Shown: one piece after another, positions 55,523 to 64,000 of the stretch | Position numbering within the stretch: position 1 is the stretch's first letter | How the letters are laid out: every line of letters begins with the position of its first letter | DNA from: a virus | Reading direction: 5' to 3' (one strand) | IMG/VR virus record: IMGVR_UViG_3300036770_000877 | Span: 40,500-104,499 of that record | Length of the DNA stretch: 64,000 nucleotides | Translations under genes and position numbers: made by a program | Notes under the pieces: model-generated | What the model was told of the DNA's origin: nothing | Databases searched by the model: none | The model's input: the letters and a program-made list of their open reading frames with translations, nothing else

Positions 55523-55742
55523 TTATTTCTGTAGCTGTAATATCTTTACCATGATATTTACGTTTAACTATATAGTCTCTAACCTTTTCAGGACCATATT
55601 GTCTCCCCGCTAGAATAATTGTCCAGCGTGGTTCAAACTTCTCATTGATACAGGCATCACACATTATAAGATTGATATCAAATAAAGATGACTTTACTGG
55701 AGTCAACCTGTGCTTTTGTTTACCGCAAGAGTAGCAAAGCAT
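55515..55742 (-). CDS. Zn-finger hypothetical protein
   Basis: CYSCG...CDAC, FEPRW. Confidence 0.65.
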   Translation of the reverse strand: MLCYSCGKQKHRLTPVKSSLFDINLIMCDACINEKFEPRWTIILAGRQYGPEKVRDYIVKRKYHGKDITATEIII

Positions 55743-55933
55743 TATTCTTCCTCTTCTTCCCAGAACTCTGGGTATCGTATTTCTTCGACAATATCAAAAT
55801 CATCGTTCTCCACATATGTTTCGTACATGTTTTTATCTTTAAAGTATCTAACCTTTGAGACATGTGCCCCATAGGATATAAGTTCTCCATATACCCCTTC
55901 TGAATGGATGTATATAAAATCCCCGTCGCTCAT
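55742..55933 (-). CDS. Hypothetical protein
   Basis: ORF track. Confidence 0.6.
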   Translation of the reverse strand: MSDGDFIYIHSEGVYGELISYGAHVSKVRYFKDKNMYETYVENDDFDIVEEIRYPEFWEEEEE

Positions 55934-56178
55934 ATTCCTTCTGCCCCTTCAAGATCGCATTTGATTCCAAATGACTCTATTATCGCCTTCATGGTGTGTA
56001 AATACTCCATGATTGTAATGTGTTCCATTGGACTAAATTCTGTTATATTAGATTCATAGATTCTCAATGAGAGCATCCCTGGATATTCAACAACAGAAAC
56101 CTTGAGTTTGGGATAGGGAGCTTTTATCTCCCGCAGAGCTTTTTGTATCTCTTTGCTATATAGCACGATATACCCCAA
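55930..56178 (-). CDS. Hypothetical protein
   Basis: ORF track. Confidence 0.6.
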   Translation of the reverse strand: MGYIVLYSKEIQKALREIKAPYPKLKVSVVEYPGMLSLRIYESNITEFSPMEHITIMEYLHTMKAIIESFGIKCDLEGAEGI

Positions 56179-56479
56179 GTTTTTCTAACACTAGTCTCCA
56201 GTCCTCCTGTGACTTGTGCATATTACGAGCACGGTCTACTTTACCGCTATTTAAATATATTCCACCCCAAACACCTACCTCGTTACCATCTATACCAGCT
56301 TGATGACAATATTTTATTACTGGACACGATAGACACATAGAGTCAATTGTGGAAGCATGTACTGCATCTTCTTCATACTTATCGAAGAAGTAGTCTGTTG
56401 GCATTCCATTGCATGCAGCAAGGTCTTGCCATCTAAAATTCTTTTTATCTAACCCTAGCTTATTTAATATTTCCGACAC
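56156..56479 (-). CDS. whiB: WhiB-family transcriptional regulator
   Basis: WQDLAAC...FF...CLSCPVIKYC...GVWGG. Confidence 0.9.
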   Translation of the reverse strand: MSEILNKLGLDKKNFRWQDLAACNGMPTDYFFDKYEEDAVHASTIDSMCLSCPVIKYCHQAGIDGNEVGVWGGIYLNSGKVDRARNMHKSQEDWRLVLEKLGVYRAI

Positions 56480-56693
56480 TGGTAGGTACTTTCCAAAGCC
56501 CGTCGTTGTTTACGACGATTCTCTTTGCAGTTCCCCATTGGCCATTATGAAATCTACCATTTTTCTTTGACCATCCTGTGTGTGTTGGAGTCCATACGAT
56601 CATGTCGTAATTCTCCCACCAAGTATTAGGGGTTGTTCTAACAAATTTTTCCGCCTGATTTAGATTTAACATTCTGAATTTATATTCAGCCAT
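56460..56693 (-). CDS. Hypothetical protein
   Basis: ORF track. Confidence 0.6.
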   Translation of the reverse strand: MAEYKFRMLNLNQAEKFVRTTPNTWWENYDMIVWTPTHTGWSKKNGRFHNGQWGTAKRIVVNNDGLWKVPTSVGNIK

Positions 56694-56861
56694 TACCGTT
56701 CTTTCTAATAGTTGTTTGTTCGGACTTTTCTATTTGAGCAATATAACCAACAATATACTTTAAACATCTCTCAATACTTCTTAATGATGATGAGATATCT
56801 TTTAGTGTCTCTAGGATTTGCTTAAACATATATATATAATATCAAATTTATAGGGTATATG

Positions 56862-57236
56862 TCAAGCGTTTTTGTACTCTATGACACGTATTTTATTAGA
56901 CTGGGCTGCTTCTCGGATTTTACCCGCCTTGTAATCAGCCCCTTTATTGAACAAAAGCATAAAGTCTGGGGACTGGTCTAAAACCTTTTGAATTCTTTCT
57001 TCCATAGATGCAGACTTGTTTGGTATAAATTCAGATACCTTAAAGCCCTTTCCAGTTAAAAAACTTTTGGTCTTAGCAACATATGATCCAGCCATTTGCT
57101 CAGCACCTTCACGATCCAAATGTAAGAAATTAATTTGATTGTCATCTTCTGACATTTCTTGAATTGCTAATGTGATTGCTCTGGCCAATATCATATCGTT
57201 ATCCCAATCTTGGGATCCAGTAACCCACAGCTTCAT
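56862..57236 (-). CDS. SLOG/YspA (DUF2493)-like protein
   Basis: MKLWVTGSQDW...GAEQMA; start reassigned. Confidence 0.6.
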   Translation of the reverse strand: MKLWVTGSQDWDNDMILARAITLAIQEMSEDDNQINFLHLDREGAEQMAGSYVAKTKSFLTGKGFKVSEFIPNKSASMEERIQKVLDQSPDFMLLFNKGADYKAGKIREAAQSNKIRVIEYKNA

Positions 57237-57243
57237 GGTGCAC

Positions 57244-57906
57244 CTACGCTGTTGGTTCTGTAGCTGGTGCTTCTTCAGCAGGAGCTTCAGCAGGCGCTGC
57301 AGACTCTTCTGCTGGCACAACTGTTTCGGCTGGTGCTGGTGCTGCAGATTCTGTTGTTACAACATTCTCTACAGGAGTTTCTACCACTGGTTCTGCTGGT
57401 GTTTCTGCAACTGGTGCAGGAGTTTCAGCAGGAGCAGAAGCTTCTGTTACAACTTCTGGCTCAAGTGGTTCGTCATTTTCTTCTTCAAGATCAACTAGTG
57501 CTTCTGCATTAGCTGCTTCTGTTTGTTCTTTTCCTAATGTGCCTAGGAATGCTCCATCCCAAATGGAACTCATCTTATTGGTCCTCTTATTCTTGATAGA
57601 TGCTGCTTTTTGACGAGACCAGGAAAACCCTGCGTCTCCACCCCATAGATCCCAAGCAACACGGCCTGGGCTAGGGAATCCTTCTTCGCCACTGCTAAAT
57701 CCAGTAGCTTTCTTATCAACTTCATGACGACTAAAGAAAGAATACATACGCATAACTGTACTGTCACTTAGAGCAGTACCATTAACAATTTGATTAGCAC
57801 GAGTTAATCCAACTCTTGTACCACCACGCTTGCCTTCTTTTTTCCATTGTAAAGCACGGCGAGCTGCCGACTTCATGCCACTAGTAGGTGTGTGTCCTTC
57901 TGCCAT
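57244..57906 (-). CDS. Conserved phage protein with acidic Pro/Ala/Glu-rich tail
   Basis: GGTRVGLTRANQI...RMYSFFSRH...AWDLWGGDAG. Confidence 0.75.
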   Translation of the reverse strand: MAEGHTPTSGMKSAARRALQWKKEGKRGGTRVGLTRANQIVNGTALSDSTVMRMYSFFSRHEVDKKATGFSSGEEGFPSPGRVAWDLWGGDAGFSWSRQKAASIKNKRTNKMSSIWDGAFLGTLGKEQTEAANAEALVDLEEENDEPLEPEVVTEASAPAETPAPVAETPAEPVVETPVENVVTTESAAPAPAETVVPAEESAAPAEAPAEEAPATEPTA

Positions 57907-57953
57907 TATATTCTCCTTAAACCGTAGTTACGGTACATATTATTATACCATTT

Positions 57954-58271
57954 TTACTGGTCTTCGTCTATAGCAAAAAACCCAAATCTTTCCATTTCTT
58001 TCTTAGCCTTGTCGCTCATCTTAAACCTAGCCTCAAGGTTATCGTCGTATTCCATGTCTACCATGCCCTCTTTGTATAATTCTAATAGGCTAGATTCTAT
58101 ATCAGCCTGCATCATTTCATACATTTCTGGAGCATATTCTTTCATTTTTTCTGGGTTAGGCTTGAACATTAATTGTCCATCTGGAGCCACACCCTGAATT
58201 TCCATAGCACCAACTTCAAGAAGGTAAGCGAAATACTCATCTTCTCTCTGCTTCATTTCATCTTCTTCCAC
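57954..58271 (-). CDS. Hypothetical protein
   Basis: AAGGAG RBS, GTG start. Confidence 0.7.
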   Translation of the reverse strand: MEEDEMKQREDEYFAYLLEVGAMEIQGVAPDGQLMFKPNPEKMKEYAPEMYEMMQADIESSLLELYKEGMVDMEYDDNLEARFKMSDKAKKEMERFGFFAIDEDQ

Positions 58272-58295
58272 TTGATCTCCTTTTATTATATTGCG

Positions 58296-58367
58296 AGCCC
58301 CCCGTCAGGATTGAACTGACGACCTTCCGCTTACAAGGCGGATGCTCTACCACTGAGCTAGGGAGGC
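58296..58367 (-). tRNA. tRNA-Thr(TGT)
   Basis: Cloverleaf, anticodon loop CTTGTAA. Confidence 0.93.
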
Positions 58368-58368
58368 G

Positions 58369-58440
58369 TAGCCCCAACGGGAATCGAACCCGTCTTGCCA
58401 GATTGAAAATCTGGAGTCCTGACCGATAGACGATGGAGCC
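58369..58440 (-). tRNA. tRNA-Glu(TTC)
   Basis: Cloverleaf, anticodon loop TTTTCAA. Confidence 0.92.
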
Positions 58441-58441
58441 T

Positions 58442-58515
58442 TGGAGCGGGTGACCAGAATCGAACTGGCACTATCTGCTTGGAAGGCAGAGGCACTACCA
58501 TTATGCAACACCCGC
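58442..58515 (-). tRNA. tRNA-Gly(TCC)
   Basis: Cloverleaf, loop CTTCCAA, encoded CCA. Confidence 0.93.
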
Positions 58516-58519
58516 ATTG

Positions 58520-58592
58520 CGCCCTTGGCAGGAATCGAACCTGCGACCTGCGGATTAGAAGTCCGTCGCTCTATCCCCTGAGCTACAAAGGC
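58520..58592 (-). tRNA. tRNA-Arg(TCT)
   Basis: Cloverleaf, loop CTTCTAA. Confidence 0.93.
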
Positions 58593-58593
58593 A

Positions 58594-58821
58594 TTATTCG
58601 ACGTAAACATCAACCAATCCATTAGATTTAAGCCAATCAAATGTTGCCATCAATTGTTCTCGTGTATCACAAACTTCACAACCATCATATAAATCATATG
58701 GCTCCCAACCTTCTCTAACATCCTCTTCATCATATAAATGCATGTAACATGCGTTTCTGTGATCAGTTACAAAAGCTTGGAGTTGTTCCGCCTGCTCTGT
58801 TGTTAGTTTAATTTCTTGCAT
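58594..58821 (-). CDS. Hypothetical protein
   Basis: ORF track, GCEVC. Confidence 0.6.
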   Translation of the reverse strand: MQEIKLTTEQAEQLQAFVTDHRNACYMHLYDEEDVREGWEPYDLYDGCEVCDTREQLMATFDWLKSNGLVDVYVE

Positions 58822-59306
58822 TACTTACTCCTAAGTGGATGTGTTGCCCAAAAGTACTGGCATTTGTCACAGCATGTAACATTGTATGGGCTTGATAACT
58901 CTGGCTGAAACTTAGCATAGTACAAAGGATCTTTCTTAAATAGATTTACTTTGTGTGTTGTAACAATGCACATTAACATTACATCGCTTTCCATCCAAAA
59001 TGGAATCTCGTTGCCCCACTTATGACCATATTCTGCTTCTAGTTGTCGTAGGTTAGACTTGTTTTTGTCTGTCTTGATACCACGCCATTCTGCTTCATAG
59101 ATCATATGACCAATGTATCGGCGTAGCTCACGCTCTGAGCGTTGCCACATAAGTACTGCTGGATGATTGCGCCATGCGCCAGATGGTGATGCGCCTGAAA
59201 GAACTTTAAGGATTTGGTATCCCTCTAGTATTTGTTTATTTAATCTCTTATTGTCAAGAGTTTGTGCTGATGCTTCGTAGTCTGAATATGGTAAGAATGT
59301 TTGCAT
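58821..59306 (-). CDS. Pyrimidine dimer DNA glycosylase / endonuclease V family protein
   Basis: MQTFLP, LDNKRLNKQ.LE..QIL, WRNHPAVLMW. Confidence 0.8.
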   Translation of the reverse strand: MQTFLPYSDYEASAQTLDNKRLNKQILEGYQILKVLSGASPSGAWRNHPAVLMWQRSERELRRYIGHMIYEAEWRGIKTDKNKSNLRQLEAEYGHKWGNEIPFWMESDVMLMCIVTTHKVNLFKKDPLYYAKFQPELSSPYNVTCCDKCQYFWATHPLRSK

Positions 59307-59398
59307 TCTATATCTTTCTCTAGTAGGTATATATTAAGTATAGACTATAAAAGAGGGGGAAGTCAAGAGCGGTGTGGTGGTGGAACTCTTGACCTCCC

Positions 59399-59475
59399 TG
59401 GCGATCCCAACCAGACTTGAACTGGTGACCTCCTGCTCGACAGGCAGGCGTTCTGACCAACTGAACTATGAGACC
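59399..59475 (-). tRNA. tRNA-Asp(GTC)
   Basis: Cloverleaf, loop CTGTCGA, encoded CCA. Confidence 0.92.
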
Positions 59476-59517
59476 TTGGTGGGGCTATTTATACACAGAC
59501 CCCATGTGTTGTTAAGA

Positions 59518-60612
59518 TTACTTAACTAGAGTTACTTTTGCCTTTGGATTCTTTGCATTCCACTTCTTAGCAAGAGCATTAAATGCCTTCTTTAGGTCTG
59601 CAAGAGCCTTGGCGTTGTCTGCCTTTAGCTTAACAATTTCTGCATCCTTAGATGCAATTGTTGCTGTTGCTGAGTCAGTTGCAGCCTTTAGGTCTGCTGC
59701 TGCCTTAGTTGCTGCTGCTGCAGCGTTAGCGTTTGCTGTTGCAAGTGCTGCTTCGGCTGTTGCCTTTGCTGCAAGTGCTGCATCACGAGCAGCAGATACT
59801 GCTGCTAGTTCGCCAGCCAAGTCACGGACTGTGATTGACTTTACTGCAGAAGATGTAACTGTGTTAAATCCTGCTACAGTTGCAGCGATTTCGGCTGCTG
59901 CTGCTGAAATTACAAGTGTTGTAGTTCCAGTTGTTGGAAGTGTAACCTTGAACTCCTTTGTACCGAAATCGGCCAAAGTAGATCCTGTTACTGCAGTTGT
60001 TGTATCAACTGTACCATTTACAACAAGTGCTGACAAAGCTCTTCCAGAAATCTTGTTTCCGAATACGTCTGTCGCTGTTGCTGTAACTGTTACAACGCTT
60101 GATGTTGAACCAGAATCATTGCCTGTAAGAGCAACTGTGTTGACCTTACCTGCTGTACCCTGAACATAGAATGTTAGAGTTGTTCCACCATTTTGGACAA
60201 CTACTGTTCCAATTGCTGTTGTCTTTGTGTAGACATAGAAGGTAGCAGTTGTTCCTGTACCTGTAGCAATTGTCAAAGAGGCTGAGCCTGATGATGCTGT
60301 TACTGGTGCTGCAAGTGTGCTTGTAGCTGCAACAATCGTTGCGTTTGTAGCAGTTGCTGTTACTGCTGTTCCTGTGTCAACAGTAGCAACGAACTTAACA
60401 ACATCGCTGTCGTCAATTACGTTATCTTCTGGGACTGGACGAGCAATAGCATTGCTTGTTGATGTACCTGTGGTCACAGTTGTCCAAGTGGTTACTCCAC
60501 CTGCTACTGCTCCCGTTGATGTTGCAACTGTCATTGGAGCCGCATGTGCTGGAACTGCAGCAAGTGCTGACATTCCCAATACAGAAGCGACTAGAATTGA
60601 TAGTTTCTTCAT
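59518..60612 (-). CDS. Secreted Ala/Thr-rich Ig-like surface protein
   Basis: Signal peptide MKKLSILVASVLG...PAHA, beta-rich core, coiled-coil and Lys-rich tail; start reassigned. Confidence 0.75.
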   Translation of the reverse strand: MKKLSILVASVLGMSALAAVPAHAAPMTVATSTGAVAGGVTTWTTVTTGTSTSNAIARPVPEDNVIDDSDVVKFVATVDTGTAVTATATNATIVAATSTLAAPVTASSGSASLTIATGTGTTATFYVYTKTTAIGTVVVQNGGTTLTFYVQGTAGKVNTVALTGNDSGSTSSVVTVTATATDVFGNKISGRALSALVVNGTVDTTTAVTGSTLADFGTKEFKVTLPTTGTTTLVISAAAAEIAATVAGFNTVTSSAVKSITVRDLAGELAAVSAARDAALAAKATAEAALATANANAAAAATKAAADLKAATDSATATIASKDAEIVKLKADNAKALADLKKAFNALAKKWNAKNPKAKVTLVK

Positions 60613-60672
60613 ATAGTTTTTTATATCCTTTTCTCTATATAGATTTTTGGACATATCCTTTTGGATATACCG

Positions 60673-60744
60673 CTGGTCTTCCTGGGATCGAACCAGGGGC
60701 CTAGGAGTTAACAGCTCCCCGCTCTGCCTCTGAGCTAAAGACCA
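60673..60744 (-). tRNA. tRNA-Asn(GTT)
   Basis: Cloverleaf, loop CTGTTAA. Confidence 0.92.
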
Positions 60745-60808
60745 ATAAAGCCACACAATTAACTATACCCTAATTGCAAGGGTTTTGGCAAGGGTCTTTT
60801 ATGAGAAA

Positions 60809-61255
60809 TTACTTAGAGTTGTATTTTCCACCACGACGCTTATATTCTGCCACCACCCAAGCATTTGCTACTGCTGAAGGATATACGTCAAATTTGCGCT
60901 TAGCTTCAGCGACTATTCTAGCATACAATTCTTTATTTGCTGGGGATCCTTTTCTTGGTTTAATAATGTTTCCATAGTTTGGCTTTGATGCTTTGGTAAT
61001 TACTGGACTAAATACTCCACCCCAAGCTAAAGGAGAATCTTCATTTTCTAATACCGCTTCACGCTCTTCTCCAGTAATTGGGTCCGTATCAGTGTCCATT
61101 GATTTATCCATAGAACCCTCATTTGCATAAAGAGCTCTTTGCTGTGCTAGTGCTTCTTCTCTTGTTTTATGGCATCCCATAACCTTACCGTCATCTTTTA
61201 CAACTGGGTATCCTGAACAACCGTTGGATCCTTTTTCTCCAATATTATATGGCAT
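60809..61255 (-). CDS. Conserved two-domain phage protein
   Basis: GCHKTREEALAQ..ALYANE; AKRKFDVYPSA.AN.W....YKRRGGKY. Confidence 0.7.
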   Translation of the reverse strand: MPYNIGEKGSNGCSGYPVVKDDGKVMGCHKTREEALAQQRALYANEGSMDKSMDTDTDPITGEEREAVLENEDSPLAWGGVFSPVITKASKPNYGNIIKPRKGSPANKELYARIVAEAKRKFDVYPSAVANAWVVAEYKRRGGKYNSK

Positions 61256-61394
61256 TATTCTTGCTCCTTTGTTTTGTATGTTTAACTAAATAAGGACCAA
61301 TAATAGCCTTTATGGTTCCGTCTTTACGTAGTCTAACAATCATTCCATTTTTAATTTGAGTAGGATTAAATGCAGTTGCTTTCTTCTTAGGCAT
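61245..61394 (-). CDS. Small basic protein (49 aa)
   Basis: GGAGG RBS, MPKKKATAFNP...VRLRKDGT. Confidence 0.55.
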   Translation of the reverse strand: MPKKKATAFNPTQIKNGMIVRLRKDGTIKAIIGPYLVKHTKQRSKNNAI

Positions 61395-61633
61395 TATTTT
61401 CCCTCCTCCAAAATTTTTTTTAATTCCTCGTCGATATTGTAATTAAATGATTCTTCAAAAGCTTCATCTAACATATCTGCAAGGATGTGTGGCAAGTTAA
61501 ATATAACTGCCTGCGCTAGCATTGGATCAGAATATCTTATATCTATCTTAATAGTATCGTTAGCTTCTAGGGTCATATTTATAGACCCGTCTTCGTCTTG
61601 ATAACCGCTAAGATTAAAGTTTATTCCTTCCAC
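61394..61633 (-). CDS. Acidic hypothetical protein
   Basis: ORF track. Confidence 0.6.
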   Translation of the reverse strand: MEGINFNLSGYQDEDGSINMTLEANDTIKIDIRYSDPMLAQAVIFNLPHILADMLDEAFEESFNYNIDEELKKILEEGK

Positions 61634-61748
61634 TGCCCCTCGCTTCCTTAGACAATTGTACCAAATTGGGCCCCATATGGCAATCCCTGCTGCACAGGCA
61701 GGATTTTGGGAGATGTGTAACTATCCATCCTAAGTAGGCCATATGGGG

Positions 61749-61825
61749 TGGTGCGCTGTGTAGGACTTGAACCTACGACGACCCGATTATGAGTCGGGGG
61801 CTCTAACCAACTGAGCTAACAGCGC
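61749..61825 (-). tRNA. tRNA with CAT anticodon (Met or Ile2)
   Basis: Cloverleaf, loop CTCATAA, encoded CCA. Confidence 0.92.
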
Positions 61826-61864
61826 TGGCATATATATTACTATACACGCCTATAATGGGTTTGT

Positions 61865-62182
61865 CTACTCCTGTGCGTTCTTGTCAATTTTAGCGAATGC
61901 TGAATTGATTTCTGAAGCAGAAAGCTTTCCATCGTCTAGGAATGCTCGTGCTAGTCTTTCAACTACAGTTGCTACTCCAAGAGTACCTGCAAGAATTACA
62001 GCCTTCATTGTGTCAATTCCGACCAATGAACCTGCGCCAATTACTGAAAGTCCTGATGCTGCAAATACTGCAACAATTCTCATGAGGATATTCCAAATAT
62101 TAGTTACGGCTGATGAACCAATTACTTCTTCTCCTGTAGCAGGATCTGTAACTGTTATATCAATTTCTTTTCTCTTTGCCAT
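61865..62182 (-). CDS. Membrane protein (2 TM)
   Basis: AGAAAGGAGG RBS, hydrophobic segments. Confidence 0.7.
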   Translation of the reverse strand: MAKRKEIDITVTDPATGEEVIGSSAVTNIWNILMRIVAVFAASGLSVIGAGSLVGIDTMKAVILAGTLGVATVVERLARAFLDDGKLSASEINSAFAKIDKNAQE

Positions 62183-62183
62183 A

Positions 62184-62390
62184 TTAGTCCTCCTTTCTGA
62201 GCGGGATTGTGATTAACCAGATAGCTGTTGTTATCAATACTGCAATACCAACAATATCTCTGGCGGATCCCGTCAAAGTTAACCATGCTATAAAGAAGCC
62301 GAGGAGGGTAAAGGCTTGTGCAATTACTTCAACTCCTGCGTCCTTCAGCCATGTGAAAAAGCCTTTTACGACTTTTTTAATTATCTTCAT
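62184..62390 (-). CDS. Membrane protein (2 TM)
   Basis: AGGAGG RBS, hydrophobic segments. Confidence 0.7.
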   Translation of the reverse strand: MKIIKKVVKGFFTWLKDAGVEVIAQAFTLLGFFIAWLTLTGSARDIVGIAVLITTAIWLITIPLRKED

Positions 62391-62391
62391 G

Positions 62392-63999
62392 TTACCTCCT
62401 CATTCCAATCAAAGTGCTAGCAATCTGCGACACAATGACTACTGGAATAATTACTTCCTGTGCTTTTTCTCTCTGATCGTCTGTCATATCCATACCTAAC
62501 TCAGAGAAATTAGATAGGAGTTCTAGTGGGTCTATATCAAATACCGCCCCAAGTGGGTCTGCTAAGAACGCTTCTGTTTGTACTTCTGTTGTAGCGTCTG
62601 CAAGGGTGTACGGCATAGGTGCATCCAAGTTAGCATTTGCACGGTCACCGAACTCTTCTAGTGCTGTTGCTACTTCTGGATTAGACTTGGCTAACTCTGC
62701 TACTACCGCTAACTCTTTTACAGAAACACCCAGGGATTGAGAAACTACTGCCGCTTGCTCTGGCGTTAATTTAGCTAAAGTGTTAGAATTAGTTAAGTCA
62801 GCAATTAAGTTTGCTGTTGCATTATCGATTGGAGAATTGTCTGTTTTACTTGGATTTTCAGAAACATCTTGAGTTGGTTCAGGCTCTGGAGTTGGATCTG
62901 TATCCTCTGGCTGAGGTGAAGGCTCTTCAGAAGGCTCTGTTTCAGGCTCAGGTGTTGGGGTGGGATCTACGGTCTCCTCATCTGTGGTATCAGGCGTTGG
63001 AGAAGGATTGGCTTCTTCTGGTTCAGTTTGCTCAGGAGTTGGCTCCTCAGTAGGTTCTTGTGTTGGCTCTTCTGTAGGTTCTTTAATAGGCTCTTCTGTA
63101 GGTTCTGTTGATGGTTCTGGTGTTGGATCAACTGTTGGCTGATTTGCTGCTGCATTTGCAGCAGCTTGAGCTATAGCAGCGGAGACCCTCTGTTGTTCTT
63201 CAAATTTAAATTGTTCATTATATGAATCCCATGCCTCATCGATAGCGTCATTCATTTCATTTACTGCCTGTGTATAGTTTGTATTAGCAGTATTTTTAGC
63301 AGACAAAGAGTTTGTTAGGTTTTCTTGAGCTGTTGTTAGGTTTTGTGTAGCATTTGTTAGGTTTGAGCTATATGTTGTGAGGTTTTGGTTTTGAGTATTG
63401 TAGTAAGCAAGTTTATTATTATAAATTGTTTGCTTAGTTGCTTGATCTTCTACCGCCTGATTGTATGCATCTATTTGTGCTTGTGTTGCACCAGATCCAT
63501 ATGAGAATGTATTTAAGTTACAGCTAAACCCTACTCCCCAGCCTCCAGTATAATCACATCCTGCTCCAGTCCATCCCCCAGGAATTGCCCATCCAAGATG
63601 ATAATAACCTGGTCCTCCGCCGTTATACCACCAAATTTCTACATCTAAAGTCTTATCTTGGCTAACATCATAAACTGGAGAATATGGACTCCAAGTAGAT
63701 CCTTGTTCTCTCCAATTGTCAACAGCAAGTTGTCCATTAATATACATTTTAAATCCATCATCTGTATATCCTGCAAAATATGTTGAAGTCCAATGAGATG
63801 GGACAGTAATAGTTCCAGTAAACTTAACTATAAAATCCTCATACCTACCACACACTGGTGGCTGCATTGAATTTGAATTCCATACTCCACTACATATAAC
63901 TGCGTCTGGGATTGCTACCCCTCCAAATCCCCTTGTGAGGTAGTAGACTGTATATTGTAATCCTGAGCTACCAGAATTTTGAACTGCTGATTGTGTTGT
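62392..63999 (-). CDS. Large surface protein with PA14 domain, coiled coil, Pro/Glu/Thr linker and C-terminal TM; 5' end beyond the window
   Basis: FTGTITVP...TDDGFKMYING..VDNWREQG PA14 motif; frame open to the window edge; EEPT repeats. Confidence 0.75.
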   Translation of the reverse strand, partial: TTQSAVQNSGSSGLQYTVYYLTRGFGGVAIPDAVICSGVWNSNSMQPPVCGRYEDFIVKFTGTITVPSHWTSTYFAGYTDDGFKMYINGQLAVDNWREQGSTWSPYSPVYDVSQDKTLDVEIWWYNGGGPGYYHLGWAIPGGWTGAGCDYTGGWGVGFSCNLNTFSYGSGATQAQIDAYNQAVEDQATKQTIYNNKLAYYNTQNQNLTTYSSNLTNATQNLTTAQENLTNSLSAKNTANTNYTQAVNEMNDAIDEAWDSYNEQFKFEEQQRVSAAIAQAAANAAANQPTVDPTPEPSTEPTEEPIKEPTEEPTQEPTEEPTPEQTEPEEANPSPTPDTTDEETVDPTPTPEPETEPSEEPSPQPEDTDPTPEPEPTQDVSENPSKTDNSPIDNATANLIADLTNSNTLAKLTPEQAAVVSQSLGVSVKELAVVAELAKSNPEVATALEEFGDRANANLDAPMPYTLADATTEVQTEAFLADPLGAVFDIDPLELLSNFSELGMDMTDDQREKAQEVIIPVVIVSQIASTLIGMRR

Positions 64000-64000
64000 T

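Noticed and set aside
58347-58640. 97-aa ORF from the track
   Set aside because: Overlaps four clear tRNA genes
58270-61750. Theta (HDV-like) ribozymes at tRNA 3' ends
   Set aside because: Downstream sequences did not fit the nested double-pseudoknot by eye
1-64000. Stop-codon reassignment or diversity-generating retroelement
   Set aside because: Long ORFs are intact in the standard code; no suppressor tRNA, reverse transcriptase or TR/VR pair seen

Overview
A 64-kb AT-rich segment of a large tailed dsDNA phage (Caudoviricetes), most likely lytic and infecting Actinobacteria. Support for that host: two WhiB genes, an Lsr2-like peptide, AGAAAGG-type Shine-Dalgarno sites and actinobacterial operator sequences. 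The gene content resembles freshwater actinophages. There are three blocks. (1) 1-35.3 kb, mostly minus strand: portal, a long run of tail/fibre genes, a flavin-dependent halogenase, class II ribonucleotide reductase, glycosyltransferase, lysis genes and Hsp20. (2) 35.6-49.1 kb, all plus strand and flanked by AT-rich non-coding DNA: a putative pre-early/host-takeover island of many tiny ORFs. (3) 49.9-64 kb, minus strand: accessory metabolism (PduO adenosyltransferase plus a putative B12-binding protein, SAM decarboxylase, thioredoxin, HslV-like peptidase, WhiB), seven tRNAs and surface proteins. The most striking signals are non-coding. About 15 island promoters match the actinobacterial PafBC/RecA-NDp motif TGTCRG-N10-TAnnnT. 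The island spacers are mosaics of host regulator boxes (12 CRP-like sites, WhiA-like GACAC, BldC-like 9-bp repeats, a perfect LexA box, DnaA boxes). Two hairpin RNAs display an anti-Shine-Dalgarno loop complementary to the early-gene RBS, and a small covarying pseudoknot occurs twice. All calls were made by eye from sequence motifs, with no database search; regulator assignments rely on recalled consensus sequences.
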